64,000 bases of DNA. It comes from a virus. The notes beneath the pieces were generated by a model that worked only from the letters and a program-made list of their open reading frames with translations, searched no databases and was not told where the DNA came from. Shown here one piece after another: positions 18,429-28,321 of the stretch (position 1 is the stretch's first letter; the number at the start of each line of letters is the position of its first letter). A program made the translations under genes and the position numbers. The stretch spans positions 1 through 64,000 of IMG/VR virus record IMGVR_UViG_3300009161_000003; one strand, 5' to 3'.

Positions 18429-18629
18429 ATGTCCAAATTTTAAACCATGTTATAATATAGTTATGAGCCCAAGACACTTTACCAAGGTTATGTATGGTCC
18501 TTATTACTTATCTGATAAGCACTATGATCCAAATATCAAACCTCATATCCATCAAACCATCATGTGTAAGGTTTTGAAGTATACTGGTATTACCTATGTA
18601 ATTGGTCTCTTTAAATCCCAGGAAAAATA

Positions 18630-18989
18630 ATGGCACGTATAAACCATATAATGAGGTTTATCTCGAAAGAACTTAGGGAAGTCAAACAATCTCAGGGGTT
18701 AGATAAATACGTAAGCGCTCAAGAGATACTAGAGGTATACAAACTAGACATGTTCCTATTGGCAGATGAGGTAGGGCTTGGTGATGATGTTAAACTACTT
18801 GACCAACATTTAAACTTATTGGAAGAAATCCTTGAAGAGAATTATGTTTTAGGATTACAACGAAATCAATTGATAGATCTTTTAAAGGTTATAACTTATC
18901 TACACACCAACTATGTTGAGGCCACAAAAATTTTGACCGCATATTACGAACGGTTAAAAAATCCCCAGACCTCCTTTACGAAGGGCTAA
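18630..18989 (+). CDS. Hypothetical protein
   Basis: ORF track. Confidence 0.55.
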   Translation: MARINHIMRFISKELREVKQSQGLDKYVSAQEILEVYKLDMFLLADEVGLGDDVKLLDQHLNLLEEILEENYVLGLQRNQLIDLLKVITYLHTNYVEATKILTAYYERLKNPQTSFTKG

Positions 18990-19570
18990 AAAATTTCCCC
19001 GAAGTTTACGAAGGGGATAAATATTTCACGGGATATATCAAACCACTCTCTCTAAATACCCCTATATAAAACATTACGAAATATAAATCTTTTCCCCTGA
19101 TTATCAAACCTTTATATAATTTTATTACGAAATACTTTAAAATATCCCAGAATTTGTTATCAAATTGTTATACATATTTGGCAACTTGACAAACCTTTAT
19201 ATCTGTGATATGGGGGATATGGGGTTTGGGATATGATGGTTTGGGGGTATGAAGGTTTGGTAAAAGATATTACGATCTTATATTAAAATGTTCTATACTC
19301 CACTATCCTCCACTTTGCTCCACTACAAAACCATATTTCCCCACTTAGTAAGATTTAATTGTGGATAAACCTGTGGATAACTCTTTGATATAATGGATAT
19401 ATGGACAAACCAGAATATGATTCATTAGGTAAATTATGGAAAGATGCACCAGATTGGTGTGATGATTGTGTAGCAAATCCAGGAGAAACCTGTCCTGACT
19501 GTGGATATACACACAACTGCTAAACCTGTGGATAACTATGCTATTTCCAACGGTATTGACTTGTGGATAA
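18944..19570. promoter_or_regulatory. Origin-like / host-factor-binding locus (iterons, MraZ-type repeats, DnaA boxes)
   Basis: TTACGAA x5, CTCCAC x3 at a 10-bp period, TGTGGATAA x4. Confidence 0.7.
19401..19523 (+). CDS. Small Zn-finger protein (40 aa), leaderless
   Basis: TGATATAAT-6-ATG; CDDC...CPDC. Confidence 0.55.
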   Translation: MDKPEYDSLGKLWKDAPDWCDDCVANPGETCPDCGYTHNC

Positions 19571-19590
19571 CTATGTGATATCATGAATAT

Positions 19591-19710
19591 ATGGCACACC
19601 AATGTAACTTTGAATTAGACCTCGATGGACAAATCACCTGCTCTATATGTGGGGCTATGGATGATGACATGAAGCCAAGTATCTTTGAATCACAAATAGA
19701 CTTTGAGTAA
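19591..19710 (+). CDS. Small Zn-ribbon protein (39 aa), leaderless
   Basis: TTGACT-17-TATCAT-6-ATG; HQC...CSIC. Confidence 0.55.
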   Translation: MAHQCNFELDLDGQITCSICGAMDDDMKPSIFESQIDFE

Positions 19711-19785
19711 CACTGGGGTTATGTTCTTATAGGGGTAATGGGGGTCTTTCTTGACTTCCCCCGAAAAATTTGATATGATTAAACA

Positions 19786-20043
19786 ATGATTAAACAGGTT
19801 AGAACAAAGAGTAATGCTTACAGTACTGTAAAGTATGACAAATATGGAAACATACTAACTCCATCTAGGAAAAGGGAACTTAAGAAAGCAAAAGAGGAAC
19901 CTATAAAGGGTCCTAAGTGCATTAAGATTGTAAGCCAGTATCTTGGTACATGTTGTGTTTGTAATGCTAGAATATCAGTTGGTACACATATATTATGGAA
20001 CAAGAAAAGTAAAAGCACAAAGCATGTAAAGTGTCCATCTTGA
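19786..20043 (+). CDS. Basic Zn-binding protein
   Basis: CCVC...HVKC. Confidence 0.6.
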   Translation: MIKQVRTKSNAYSTVKYDKYGNILTPSRKRELKKAKEEPIKGPKCIKIVSQYLGTCCVCNARISVGTHILWNKKSKSTKHVKCPS

Positions 20044-20312
20044 AGATAGTGAGATCTTGTTCTTCAACCACAAAAAAGGGTAAGCCTTGTTCTATATTTG
20101 TGGAAGAGTGGAGAACTGTAGATAAGTGTCATGTTCATGATCCTAATGGCGTATTTAGACAACAGTTAAAGCATGGCAGACCAACTAAGATTAAGAAAAC
20201 AAAAATTAAAACTATTCAACAATGTCAGCATAAGTGGTATATGAGAGATCCAGGCATTCAATGTAGTAAATGTTTTGTTCTTTGGGATAAGTCTGATAGA
20301 CTTAATGCATGA
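20031..20312 (+). CDS. Basic Cys/His-rich protein
   Basis: C..TTKKGKPC...CHVH; CQH...CSKC. Confidence 0.6.
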   Translation: MSILKIVRSCSSTTKKGKPCSIFVEEWRTVDKCHVHDPNGVFRQQLKHGRPTKIKKTKIKTIQQCQHKWYMRDPGIQCSKCFVLWDKSDRLNA

Positions 20313-20995
20313 ATGTTCCAAAAGTAATTAGACAACCATTGGCATACAATGAAGAAAAAATGTATAAAGTCTATGAACTTGAAGAAGCACATGCTATATC
20401 TAAAGATCAATTAAATAATGCAAAACTATTTAGTTCAAGAAAAGATTACGTAGAAACTTTAAGTAAAAATATATCATATTTAGAGGTAGGGGTCCTTTGG
20501 GGTAATTCCGCTAAAATGATTATAGACACAACAAACGCTAAAAATGCTGATCTTTTAGACTATTATAATGGTGCACCAGGTATTCTACAGGATAGAGTCA
20601 GTGCTCCAAAAAATAGTTCCATAACACATGAACAGCATATAAAAAATAAATTTGCTTATCATCCCAATGTAAATACCATAAAAGGAGATGCAATAGAAAT
20701 ATTATCTACTTTAGATAAAAAATATGATTTTATTTTTTTAGACATAGACAGAGATAGGCTTTTAGCAAGAAAACTTTTATTAGATTCTTCTAAGTTAACT
20801 AATGTTGGTGGAGTTATAGGATTAACCTCTTATCTAAATTATGACAGTGTTTTATATGAAGGCCCTGTAGGAATATATCAAAGCGTAAATGAATTTTTAT
20901 ATTATAACCAAAATTGGTCTGTTGATGGATTGCTGCTAAACACTCTTGGATTTCATGATATATACATCAAGAAGAATAAGGATAGTAACCAATAG
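20309..20995 (+). CDS. Class I SAM-dependent methyltransferase
   Basis: YLEVGVLWG, KGDA, YDFIFLD, GGVIG. Confidence 0.8.
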   Translation: MNVPKVIRQPLAYNEEKMYKVYELEEAHAISKDQLNNAKLFSSRKDYVETLSKNISYLEVGVLWGNSAKMIIDTTNAKNADLLDYYNGAPGILQDRVSAPKNSSITHEQHIKNKFAYHPNVNTIKGDAIEILSTLDKKYDFIFLDIDRDRLLARKLLLDSSKLTNVGGVIGLTSYLNYDSVLYEGPVGIYQSVNEFLYYNQNWSVDGLLLNTLGFHDIYIKKNKDSNQ

Positions 20996-21274
20996 TGCCC
21001 TTTTAGGGCATAAAAAGGTTTGTTACTTCTATTTCGCGCCGAACCTTAAAGACTTGACAATTTCCGTGTTTTAGCATATACTGGTTATAACAACTAACAA
21101 AGGATAATAATGAACATAACACACGAAGTACTCAGTTTTGTAAAACAACGTCAACATGGACATGGTTTTGGAATTAACAGCCAGGAAATTGAAGACTTTT
21201 TAAAAGAAATTGATCCAGACAACTATAACTCTTTTGAATTTGATTACGCTTTAGTAAGTGAAGCACAGGTTTAA

Positions 21275-21484
21275 ATGTTTATATATACTATGTTAATGTC
21301 GTTAATATTTCTTAGTACCCCGTCAGTTTATGACGATCCATACTACTCAGATGTTAATTACTGTGATATTTATGCTTACTGTGATAACCCAGATCTTGAT
21401 ACAAGCCTAGATGATGAGGTTATCTCAGATGAGGCTGATTGGGACTTAGAGGAGTTTTTAATTAGCATAGGTTGGTATGAGTAA
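21275..21484 (+). CDS. Small acidic protein
   Basis: ORF track. Confidence 0.45.
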   Translation: MFIYTMLMSLIFLSTPSVYDDPYYSDVNYCDIYAYCDNPDLDTSLDDEVISDEADWDLEEFLISIGWYE

Positions 21485-21696
21485 TGACACACGCTGAATT
21501 ACTTGCAAATATTAACAGCCCACAGTTCCAGAATAGTAGAACTTTAGAGACTCCATACCTTGCCCTTCGTGCAGTAGTGGAGTTACACAAAGGACAGTCA
21601 GATCTGGTCTCAAACCTCATTGGGAAGGTCTGTCACCCTTGTAGAACAAACTATCCATGCAAAACCATCAAGGCTATTGAAAAAGAGTTAAAATGA
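21484..21696 (+). CDS. Actinophage-type small protein
   Basis: ALRAVVELH...C..C...YPC.TI.AI. Confidence 0.65.
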   Translation: MTHAELLANINSPQFQNSRTLETPYLALRAVVELHKGQSDLVSNLIGKVCHPCRTNYPCKTIKAIEKELK

Positions 21697-21835
21697 ACGG
21701 TATTCCATGCAAACTCTGTAATGAACTCAATGCCACACAAGCAGTAATTGATGGCATCTATTGCCTTAATTGTTATATAGGGATTACGAATGGGTCTTTA
21801 AATTCCCAGGCAAACTAGGGTATACTTATTTAAAT

Positions 21836-23428
21836 ATGAAAACAGATAAAATAGTTATTGTTGGTGGAGGCTCTGCAGGTTGGATGACTGCTACAACTTT
21901 AATTAAAGAATTTCCCACAAAAGAAATTGTACTAATCGAGTCTAAAAATGTTCCAACTGTTGGTGTTGGAGAGTCAACTATTGTCGGTATTAGAAAATGG
22001 GCGCAGTTTATAGGATTGAAAGAAGAGTCTTTCTTTAAAGAAACAGACGCTACTATTAAAATGAGCATTAAGTTTACAGATTTTTATAAAGAAGACTCAG
22101 GCAGTTTTCATTACCCTTTTGGTGATCCAGTAGTAGATGGCAATAGAAATCCTTTTGCTGATTGGCATTTAAAGAAGTATTTAAACCCAGAAACTCCAAT
22201 AGAAGATTTTGTAAATTGTTTGTTTCCATCTGCTGCCTTATTTAATAATGATAAATATTCTGAAAACTCATATAACGAATTTCATAATTTTAACCCTAAG
22301 AACGACATTGCCTACCATTTTGATTCCACTAAATTTGCTATATGGCTTAGAGATACATACTGTAAGCCTGCTGGCGTAACTCATATAATTTCAACTGTAG
22401 TATCTGTTAATAAAGACAAAGATGGAATTAAAAATTTAGTTTTAGAAGATGGAAGTTTAATTGAAGCAGACTTATTTATTGACTGTACTGGTTTTAAAAG
22501 TTTATTATTGTCAGAGTCATTGTTAGAGCCTTTTATATCATACTCTGATATGTTGCCAAACAATCGTGCATGGGCTACTAGGGTTCCATATATTAATGAT
22601 GACATAGAAATTCAAGGGTACACAAATTGCACTGCAATCTCTAACGGTTGGTGTTGGAATATCCCATTGTTCTCAAGACTAGGGGCTGGCTATGTATATT
22701 CAGATAAATATATAACTCCAGAAGATGCCAAAGAAGAATTTAAACAGTATTTGATGTCTAACAAAATGACTATACCTCGTTCTAAAGAAGATGTTGACAA
22801 ATTAGAATTTAAAGATATTAAAATGAGAGTTGGTATTCATGAAAGGACATTTGTTAAAAATGTAGTAGCAATAGGTTTATCTGCTGGTTTTATAGAACCT
22901 TTAGAGAGCAATGGCCTTTTTACTGTTCATGAATTTTTATTTAAACTTATAGATATTCTTCAAAGAGGTAGTATTTCTCAGTTTGATAGAGATATGTACA
23001 ATGTTTCAGTAAAAGATTTGTTTGATGGATTTACCAAATTTGTTGCTTTACATTACGCACTTTCTCACAGAGAGGATAGTGAGTATTGGAAAGAAATAAA
23101 CAATAAAATTTTTAAAGATAGAAATGGCGACCCATACAATCAATATCATGGTCGCACTGATTTATTTTATAATATAATGTGGAGATATATGGAAAACAAA
23201 GGGCATCCATTGGGCGCTGCAGGCATTACATATATTTCAACTGGAATGAATCTTAACATGATAAATGATTATAGGTTTATGGATATTAAAAATAGAATTA
23301 ATCCTACAATAGTAGAAGAAATAAACAAAATTATTTTTTTATGGGAAGAAAGAAAATTAAAATGGAATATGGCTTCAAACAACTCCAAAACAATGAAGCA
23401 ATACTTGTTAGAAAAGTATCATCAATAA
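21836..23428 (+). CDS. Tryptophan-halogenase-family flavin-dependent halogenase
   Basis: GGGSAGW, GVGEST, conserved Lys in ATIKMSI, GWCWNIP, FIEPLES. Confidence 0.93.
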   Translation: MKTDKIVIVGGGSAGWMTATTLIKEFPTKEIVLIESKNVPTVGVGESTIVGIRKWAQFIGLKEESFFKETDATIKMSIKFTDFYKEDSGSFHYPFGDPVVDGNRNPFADWHLKKYLNPETPIEDFVNCLFPSAALFNNDKYSENSYNEFHNFNPKNDIAYHFDSTKFAIWLRDTYCKPAGVTHIISTVVSVNKDKDGIKNLVLEDGSLIEADLFIDCTGFKSLLLSESLLEPFISYSDMLPNNRAWATRVPYINDDIEIQGYTNCTAISNGWCWNIPLFSRLGAGYVYSDKYITPEDAKEEFKQYLMSNKMTIPRSKEDVDKLEFKDIKMRVGIHERTFVKNVVAIGLSAGFIEPLESNGLFTVHEFLFKLIDILQRGSISQFDRDMYNVSVKDLFDGFTKFVALHYALSHREDSEYWKEINNKIFKDRNGDPYNQYHGRTDLFYNIMWRYMENKGHPLGAAGITYISTGMNLNMINDYRFMDIKNRINPTIVEEINKIIFLWEERKLKWNMASNNSKTMKQYLLEKYHQ

Positions 23429-23700
23429 TGCAATGGGTTTTAGCAATTAAAACTATGTTTTATAAAGAGTATTGGAATAAAGCAAATACTATTGAGTTTT
23501 TTGCGTTTATGACTAAGTTAATGATTATATTTCCAGGTCTAATATTTGAAAAACAATTTTGGTGGCTATATGTCTTTGCTTTATTATCTAGCCTATCTTT
23601 AATCTGGTCATCAACAGTAAAAACTCTGCCTACTATAATTTGGTTTAATATAGGATGGTCTATTCTTGCTATTACTGCAATATTAAAATATTGGCTTTAA
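23428..23700 (+). CDS. Small multi-pass membrane protein
   Basis: About three hydrophobic segments; TAATG coupling. Confidence 0.65.
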   Translation: MQWVLAIKTMFYKEYWNKANTIEFFAFMTKLMIIFPGLIFEKQFWWLYVFALLSSLSLIWSSTVKTLPTIIWFNIGWSILAITAILKYWL

Positions 23701-23755
23701 TTAGCATACATTTATATAAATTCCCTGGAAAATTAGGCTATGCTATAATAGATTT

Positions 23756-24370
23756 ATGGCATATGTAGTTAACGGAAAACCAGTTGGAAATGATCCACCT
23801 AGTGTAGAAAGAAATCATTCATATATGAAGTTTTTTCATGAGGTTGGTAATTCTGTTGAAAACATTAAGATTATTCCTAATTTTTTAACAAAAGAAGAAA
23901 TTGAATACCTTATGTCTGATATAAATACAAGGCGACATATTAGTTTTGTATCTCAAAAAGATAATGAAGGTAATGCCTTAACTTATATTTATCAGTATAA
24001 TGGACTAAAAGACATTCATAAAGTAATAGAAAGATGCAAAGATCAAATATGTAAATCTTATGGAATTGAAAAAGAAAAGATAAGAGCAAAAGAACAACAT
24101 CTTAATGTGGTTAAATGGGTAGAGGGCACTTATTTAGATTTACATGTTGATGACCTTGGATATGTTACAGACAATCATTTGCCAGTACTTATTTATTTAA
24201 ATGATGATTATGAGGGTGGAGAGATTAAGTTTGAGACTCATAATTTATCTTTAAAGCCAAATGTTGGAGATTTTATTGTTTTTCCAGGAAATTTACATTA
24301 CCCACATGAGGTAACAAAAGTTTTATCTGGAACTAGATACACATTGCCTATTTGGTTTACGATAGTTTAA
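23756..24370 (+). CDS. 2OG-Fe(II) oxygenase (P4H-like)
   Basis: HVD...YLNDDYEGG...HEV...RY. Confidence 0.9.
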   Translation: MAYVVNGKPVGNDPPSVERNHSYMKFFHEVGNSVENIKIIPNFLTKEEIEYLMSDINTRRHISFVSQKDNEGNALTYIYQYNGLKDIHKVIERCKDQICKSYGIEKEKIRAKEQHLNVVKWVEGTYLDLHVDDLGYVTDNHLPVLIYLNDDYEGGEIKFETHNLSLKPNVGDFIVFPGNLHYPHEVTKVLSGTRYTLPIWFTIV

Positions 24371-24372
24371 AG

Positions 24373-24624
24373 ATGACAGATAGTAATAAAAAAAGAAAAC
24401 TTTTGGATGGATCTGAAGTAAATGATTACGATCATCCTATTGATCTTATATTACATACAAAGGCTCCTGCAAAATGGAAATTGATTGATCTTGAAACTGG
24501 TCAAGAATATTTAGGTTCAGATATATCTCATGAAACATTTGGAGAAGTTTTACGTAACAAAGTAGCAAAATCTAAAATAGGATCTTGGTTTAAAACAAAA
24601 GGAAGAGTAATAAAAAATGGATAA
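24373..24624 (+). CDS. Hypothetical protein
   Basis: TKAPAKWKLIDLETGQEY. Confidence 0.6.
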   Translation: MTDSNKKRKLLDGSEVNDYDHPIDLILHTKAPAKWKLIDLETGQEYLGSDISHETFGEVLRNKVAKSKIGSWFKTKGRVIKNG

Positions 24625-26044
24625 TACTAACAAACCTATAACATTTCATTGGATGTGGAGAAGGCACTGGCAGATAAATGACAGTATTGAAAACCTAGAC
24701 CTTAATGGAATTATGAAAATGGCAAAAGAGTTAGATGGTGCAGGGGTAAAATCTGTTTTACTTCCGTATGGTCCAGGAGGTATAGATTTTTCTTTAGTTA
24801 TTTCAGACGCATTAAAAACAACAGATCAATTAATTATGACAATTGCGTTGCCTGCATACGGAACAAGTCCAGATTACGCTGCCAAAATTTGTGAAACACT
24901 AAATCGTTTTGCTCCTGGAAGAATTGGAGTAAATCTTGTTGCTGGAAGATGGGGGGATGAAGGCAATGGCCCTTCAGAAAAATTGGTATTAGACCACTAT
25001 ATGCATGATTCGTCTCTCATTGACACTCTCGAAAAAAGAGTAGCAATATCTGCAATTTGGATGGATAAGGTTATAGATTTAATGAAAACTCATCAACATA
25101 AAACTCACATGGCAGTTGTTGGATCTTCAGATACAACAATTGGAATAGCAAACAAACATTGCGAATATATATATGTAGATGATAATTTAATATATAAAGA
25201 ACAATTTAAAAAAATTGATCTTAATCGTGTAAAACCAATACTTATTATTGATCCACTTATTATTAACAATACAGAAGAAGAACAAAATGTAAAATATGAT
25301 AAAAATGCGCCATTAAGAAAGCAGCATCATCATGTTAAAGGCCCATTGGTGGATGTTGTTAAACAAATAAAGCAATTATCAAAACAATTTGGTATATATG
25401 ATTTTATGATCCATACTGACCAAGCAGATATTAGCAAATTATTAGAATTAGTAAAAGATTTTAACAGCATTGACGTTCCTGAGCAAAAACAAATTGTAAT
25501 ATCTGAACTAACAAAGGAAAACTTTACAAATATTGGAAGTAATCCTAAAAACATAAAAATATTTAACAATTACCTTAGCAAAGATGAGTGTAAAAATATT
25601 ATAGGATTAATTAATAATACAGAGACAAGTAATAATCGTCCTCTTCAACCAGACAACAATGGCAATCCTACTCTGTCTTTATTGTATTACGACTCACTTA
25701 ATTATTCAGAAAAATATATTCCTCAAATTCAGGATATGGTAGAAAAAGAATATGGAGTAAAATTAAAACCAAGAAATTCTCGTTTTGCTCAATGGGTGCA
25801 CAGTCAGAGTCCTTTAATACCAATAGATGATTTGGGTCATAAAGATTCAAACCATTTAGCAGGTTGGGTATATTTGAATGACGATTATATAGGTGGAGAA
25901 CTATCTTTTATTCATCAAGGTGTGTCTTTTAAACCTAGGGCTGGTGATTTAGTTTTATTCCCTGGAAATATTCACTATTGGTACCATGTTGCTCCTGCAA
26001 ATGGATCAAGGTATATTATGCCACTTTGGTTTGATTTTGTTTAA
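24617..26044 (+). CDS. Luciferase-like (LLM) monooxygenase domain fused to a 2OG-Fe(II) oxygenase-like domain
   Basis: SPDYAAKICETLNRFAPGRIGVNLVAG (SsuD-like); C-terminal YLNDDYIGGEL..FPGN..RY. Confidence 0.75.
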   Translation: MDNTNKPITFHWMWRRHWQINDSIENLDLNGIMKMAKELDGAGVKSVLLPYGPGGIDFSLVISDALKTTDQLIMTIALPAYGTSPDYAAKICETLNRFAPGRIGVNLVAGRWGDEGNGPSEKLVLDHYMHDSSLIDTLEKRVAISAIWMDKVIDLMKTHQHKTHMAVVGSSDTTIGIANKHCEYIYVDDNLIYKEQFKKIDLNRVKPILIIDPLIINNTEEEQNVKYDKNAPLRKQHHHVKGPLVDVVKQIKQLSKQFGIYDFMIHTDQADISKLLELVKDFNSIDVPEQKQIVISELTKENFTNIGSNPKNIKIFNNYLSKDECKNIIGLINNTETSNNRPLQPDNNGNPTLSLLYYDSLNYSEKYIPQIQDMVEKEYGVKLKPRNSRFAQWVHSQSPLIPIDDLGHKDSNHLAGWVYLNDDYIGGELSFIHQGVSFKPRAGDLVLFPGNIHYWYHVAPANGSRYIMPLWFDFV

Positions 26045-26059
26045 TGGTAGAATAGTTAT

Positions 26060-27058
26060 ATGACTTATTTCACAAGGGATATTTTAGATTTTTACAGATT
26101 TGATAAAGAAAAAAACTACATATATTTAAAAAAATATTTTTCAAACAGTGATACTCTTGGACTGCACAATCCTAATTCCACAATTGTTTTTGATAGTGTT
26201 AATGTTTTTGATAAGGCTAACTGTAAAACTGTTGATGATGATAATACATACGAAATTAATAAAAATGGTTTTCGTGGAAAAGTTGATGAAAATTCAGATG
26301 TCATAGCATCTGGTTGTTCTATAACTTTTGGCATTGGAGTTCCAGAGGAGGCAAGATGGACAAATATTTTAAGCAACCAAATTAATAAAAACATCATTAA
26401 TTTAGGAGTTGAAGGAGCATCTGTAAAAAATGTTTGTACCAATATCATTCAATACTGTATGAATAATAAAATGCCAAAAGAAATTTTTTGTTTATTTCCA
26501 GATTTTTTTAGAAGTATGGTTGTAGTAGACGAAGAATTTTATAAATCAGGATTAAGCAAGAGGTATTGGGATGAATCAGATAAGTTAATACTAACCTTTT
26601 GCAATCCAAATGTTAGGAAACATAGTAAAAATCGTGTATTTATGGAAATAAAAGACAAAAATAATATAGAAGATTCTGTTTCTCCACACCAGTTAATACT
26701 AGATTCTGTAAATTTTATTTATATTTTAGAATCATTCTGTTTAACAAATGGCATAAAATTATATTGGACAACATGGGATGATGCTAGTTTTGCAATTTTG
26801 CAAGAAATGTCCAAAATTAAAGATTTTAAATTAAAAAATTTTTCACAGTCTATGCCAAGTCATTCTTGTGATGGTCTTTTACATGATCATTTTGGGTTTA
26901 AAAATCATCCACAATGGGAAAGAGGGTCTGATTATTCAATCATAAATAATAAAAAAACAAAAGTTTATGCTCATCCAGGCATTCATTATCATACTCATAT
27001 TGCAAGTTTGTTTTATAAAATGCGTGAGCAACAAAATCATGATATGATAGGTATATGA
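26060..27058 (+). CDS. SGNH/GDSL-like protein
   Basis: GCSITFGIG, NLGVEGAS, HPG. Confidence 0.65.
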   Translation: MTYFTRDILDFYRFDKEKNYIYLKKYFSNSDTLGLHNPNSTIVFDSVNVFDKANCKTVDDDNTYEINKNGFRGKVDENSDVIASGCSITFGIGVPEEARWTNILSNQINKNIINLGVEGASVKNVCTNIIQYCMNNKMPKEIFCLFPDFFRSMVVVDEEFYKSGLSKRYWDESDKLILTFCNPNVRKHSKNRVFMEIKDKNNIEDSVSPHQLILDSVNFIYILESFCLTNGIKLYWTTWDDASFAILQEMSKIKDFKLKNFSQSMPSHSCDGLLHDHFGFKNHPQWERGSDYSIINNKKTKVYAHPGIHYHTHIASLFYKMREQQNHDMIGI

Positions 27059-27729
27059 TGATTGATCACTCTAAAGATGAAATCTATTTAACAAATGTGG
27101 CTAAATTAGGAAGTTCTGCAAAAAACGTATATGTTATAGATAATTTTTTACCTAATGAAGAGTATCAAACATTATCTAATTTTGCAAATAATTCTGATCA
27201 AATCCCTTGGATTAAAGAACCTTGGACTACAGACAGAACTGCTCCAAATTCAATTCCGGAAGATTACGTTAAAATTATAAAAAAAATATATCCACTTGCT
27301 AGATTAAATTGTATGGATTATTATGATGTAAAAGTAAATGATTATCCTCCAGAAATTAGAGACGTTCTTTTAAGAAAGTGGAGTCCTGGAAGTAAAATGG
27401 AACCTCATATAGACACAGAGGCTCAAAAAAATCTACATATTGTAGGTATGTATTACCTTAATGATAATTATGATGGAGGAGAAATATTTTTTCCAGATTA
27501 TAATTTAAAAATTAAACCTAAATCAAATAGTTTACTTATGTTTCCTGGTAACGAAAACTATGTTCACGGAGTACATGAAGTTTCAAAAGGATTTAGGTAT
27601 ACTTACCAGGTAAGTTTTGTTTTTAAAGGCTCTACATTTGTAGGAGAAACAAAACATAATCTAGCGTATTATAAAAAGATCAATTATGATCCAAAGAATT
27701 TTATGAATTATGATCCAAAATCATTCTAA
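27055..27729 (+). CDS. 2OG-Fe(II) oxygenase
   Basis: HID...YLNDNYDGG...HGV...RY. Confidence 0.9.
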   Translation: MMIDHSKDEIYLTNVAKLGSSAKNVYVIDNFLPNEEYQTLSNFANNSDQIPWIKEPWTTDRTAPNSIPEDYVKIIKKIYPLARLNCMDYYDVKVNDYPPEIRDVLLRKWSPGSKMEPHIDTEAQKNLHIVGMYYLNDNYDGGEIFFPDYNLKIKPKSNSLLMFPGNENYVHGVHEVSKGFRYTYQVSFVFKGSTFVGETKHNLAYYKKINYDPKNFMNYDPKSF

Positions 27730-28321
27730 AAAAGATGAAATCTATTTAGCAAATGTTGCAAAAATAGGAAACTCTATAAATAACATACAATATACTGAAA
27801 ATGTGTTATCTCAAGATGAGCATAAACAAATACTTGATTTTGTAAAAACCCGTGAATCTTGGACAATTCAACCTTGGGATAGTAAAGTTATCATATTTCA
27901 TGAGATGCCTAAAGAAATTCTTAATTCATTAAATAAAGTTTTTACGCTTGCTTATGAAAAATCTAAAAATTTTTATGATATAAAAATTAATTTTTTTGAA
28001 GATTTGTCATTAAATTTGCTTAAATTTGAAAAAGATTTTTCTTTAAAACAACATATAGATACTGAGTCAAGTGAATCAAATCATATTGCATCAGTATATT
28101 ATATTAATGATGATTACACAGGTGGAGAAATTAATTTTTCAAATTATAAATTAAAGATTAAACCTAAACCAAATAGTTTAATTGTTTTTCCTGGAAATGA
28201 AAACTATTTGCACGAAGTAGTTGAAATTACAAGTGGAGAACGATATAGTTCATCTTTGTGGTTTCAGTATACTGGGTCTACTTTTAATAAGAAAAGCGAG
28301 TGGTATGATGATCCAATCTAA
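27710..28321 (+). CDS. 2OG-Fe(II) oxygenase
   Basis: HID...HEV...RY. Confidence 0.9.
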   Translation: MIQNHSKKDEIYLANVAKIGNSINNIQYTENVLSQDEHKQILDFVKTRESWTIQPWDSKVIIFHEMPKEILNSLNKVFTLAYEKSKNFYDIKINFFEDLSLNLLKFEKDFSLKQHIDTESSESNHIASVYYINDDYTGGEINFSNYKLKIKPKPNSLIVFPGNENYLHEVVEITSGERYSSSLWFQYTGSTFNKKSEWYDDPI

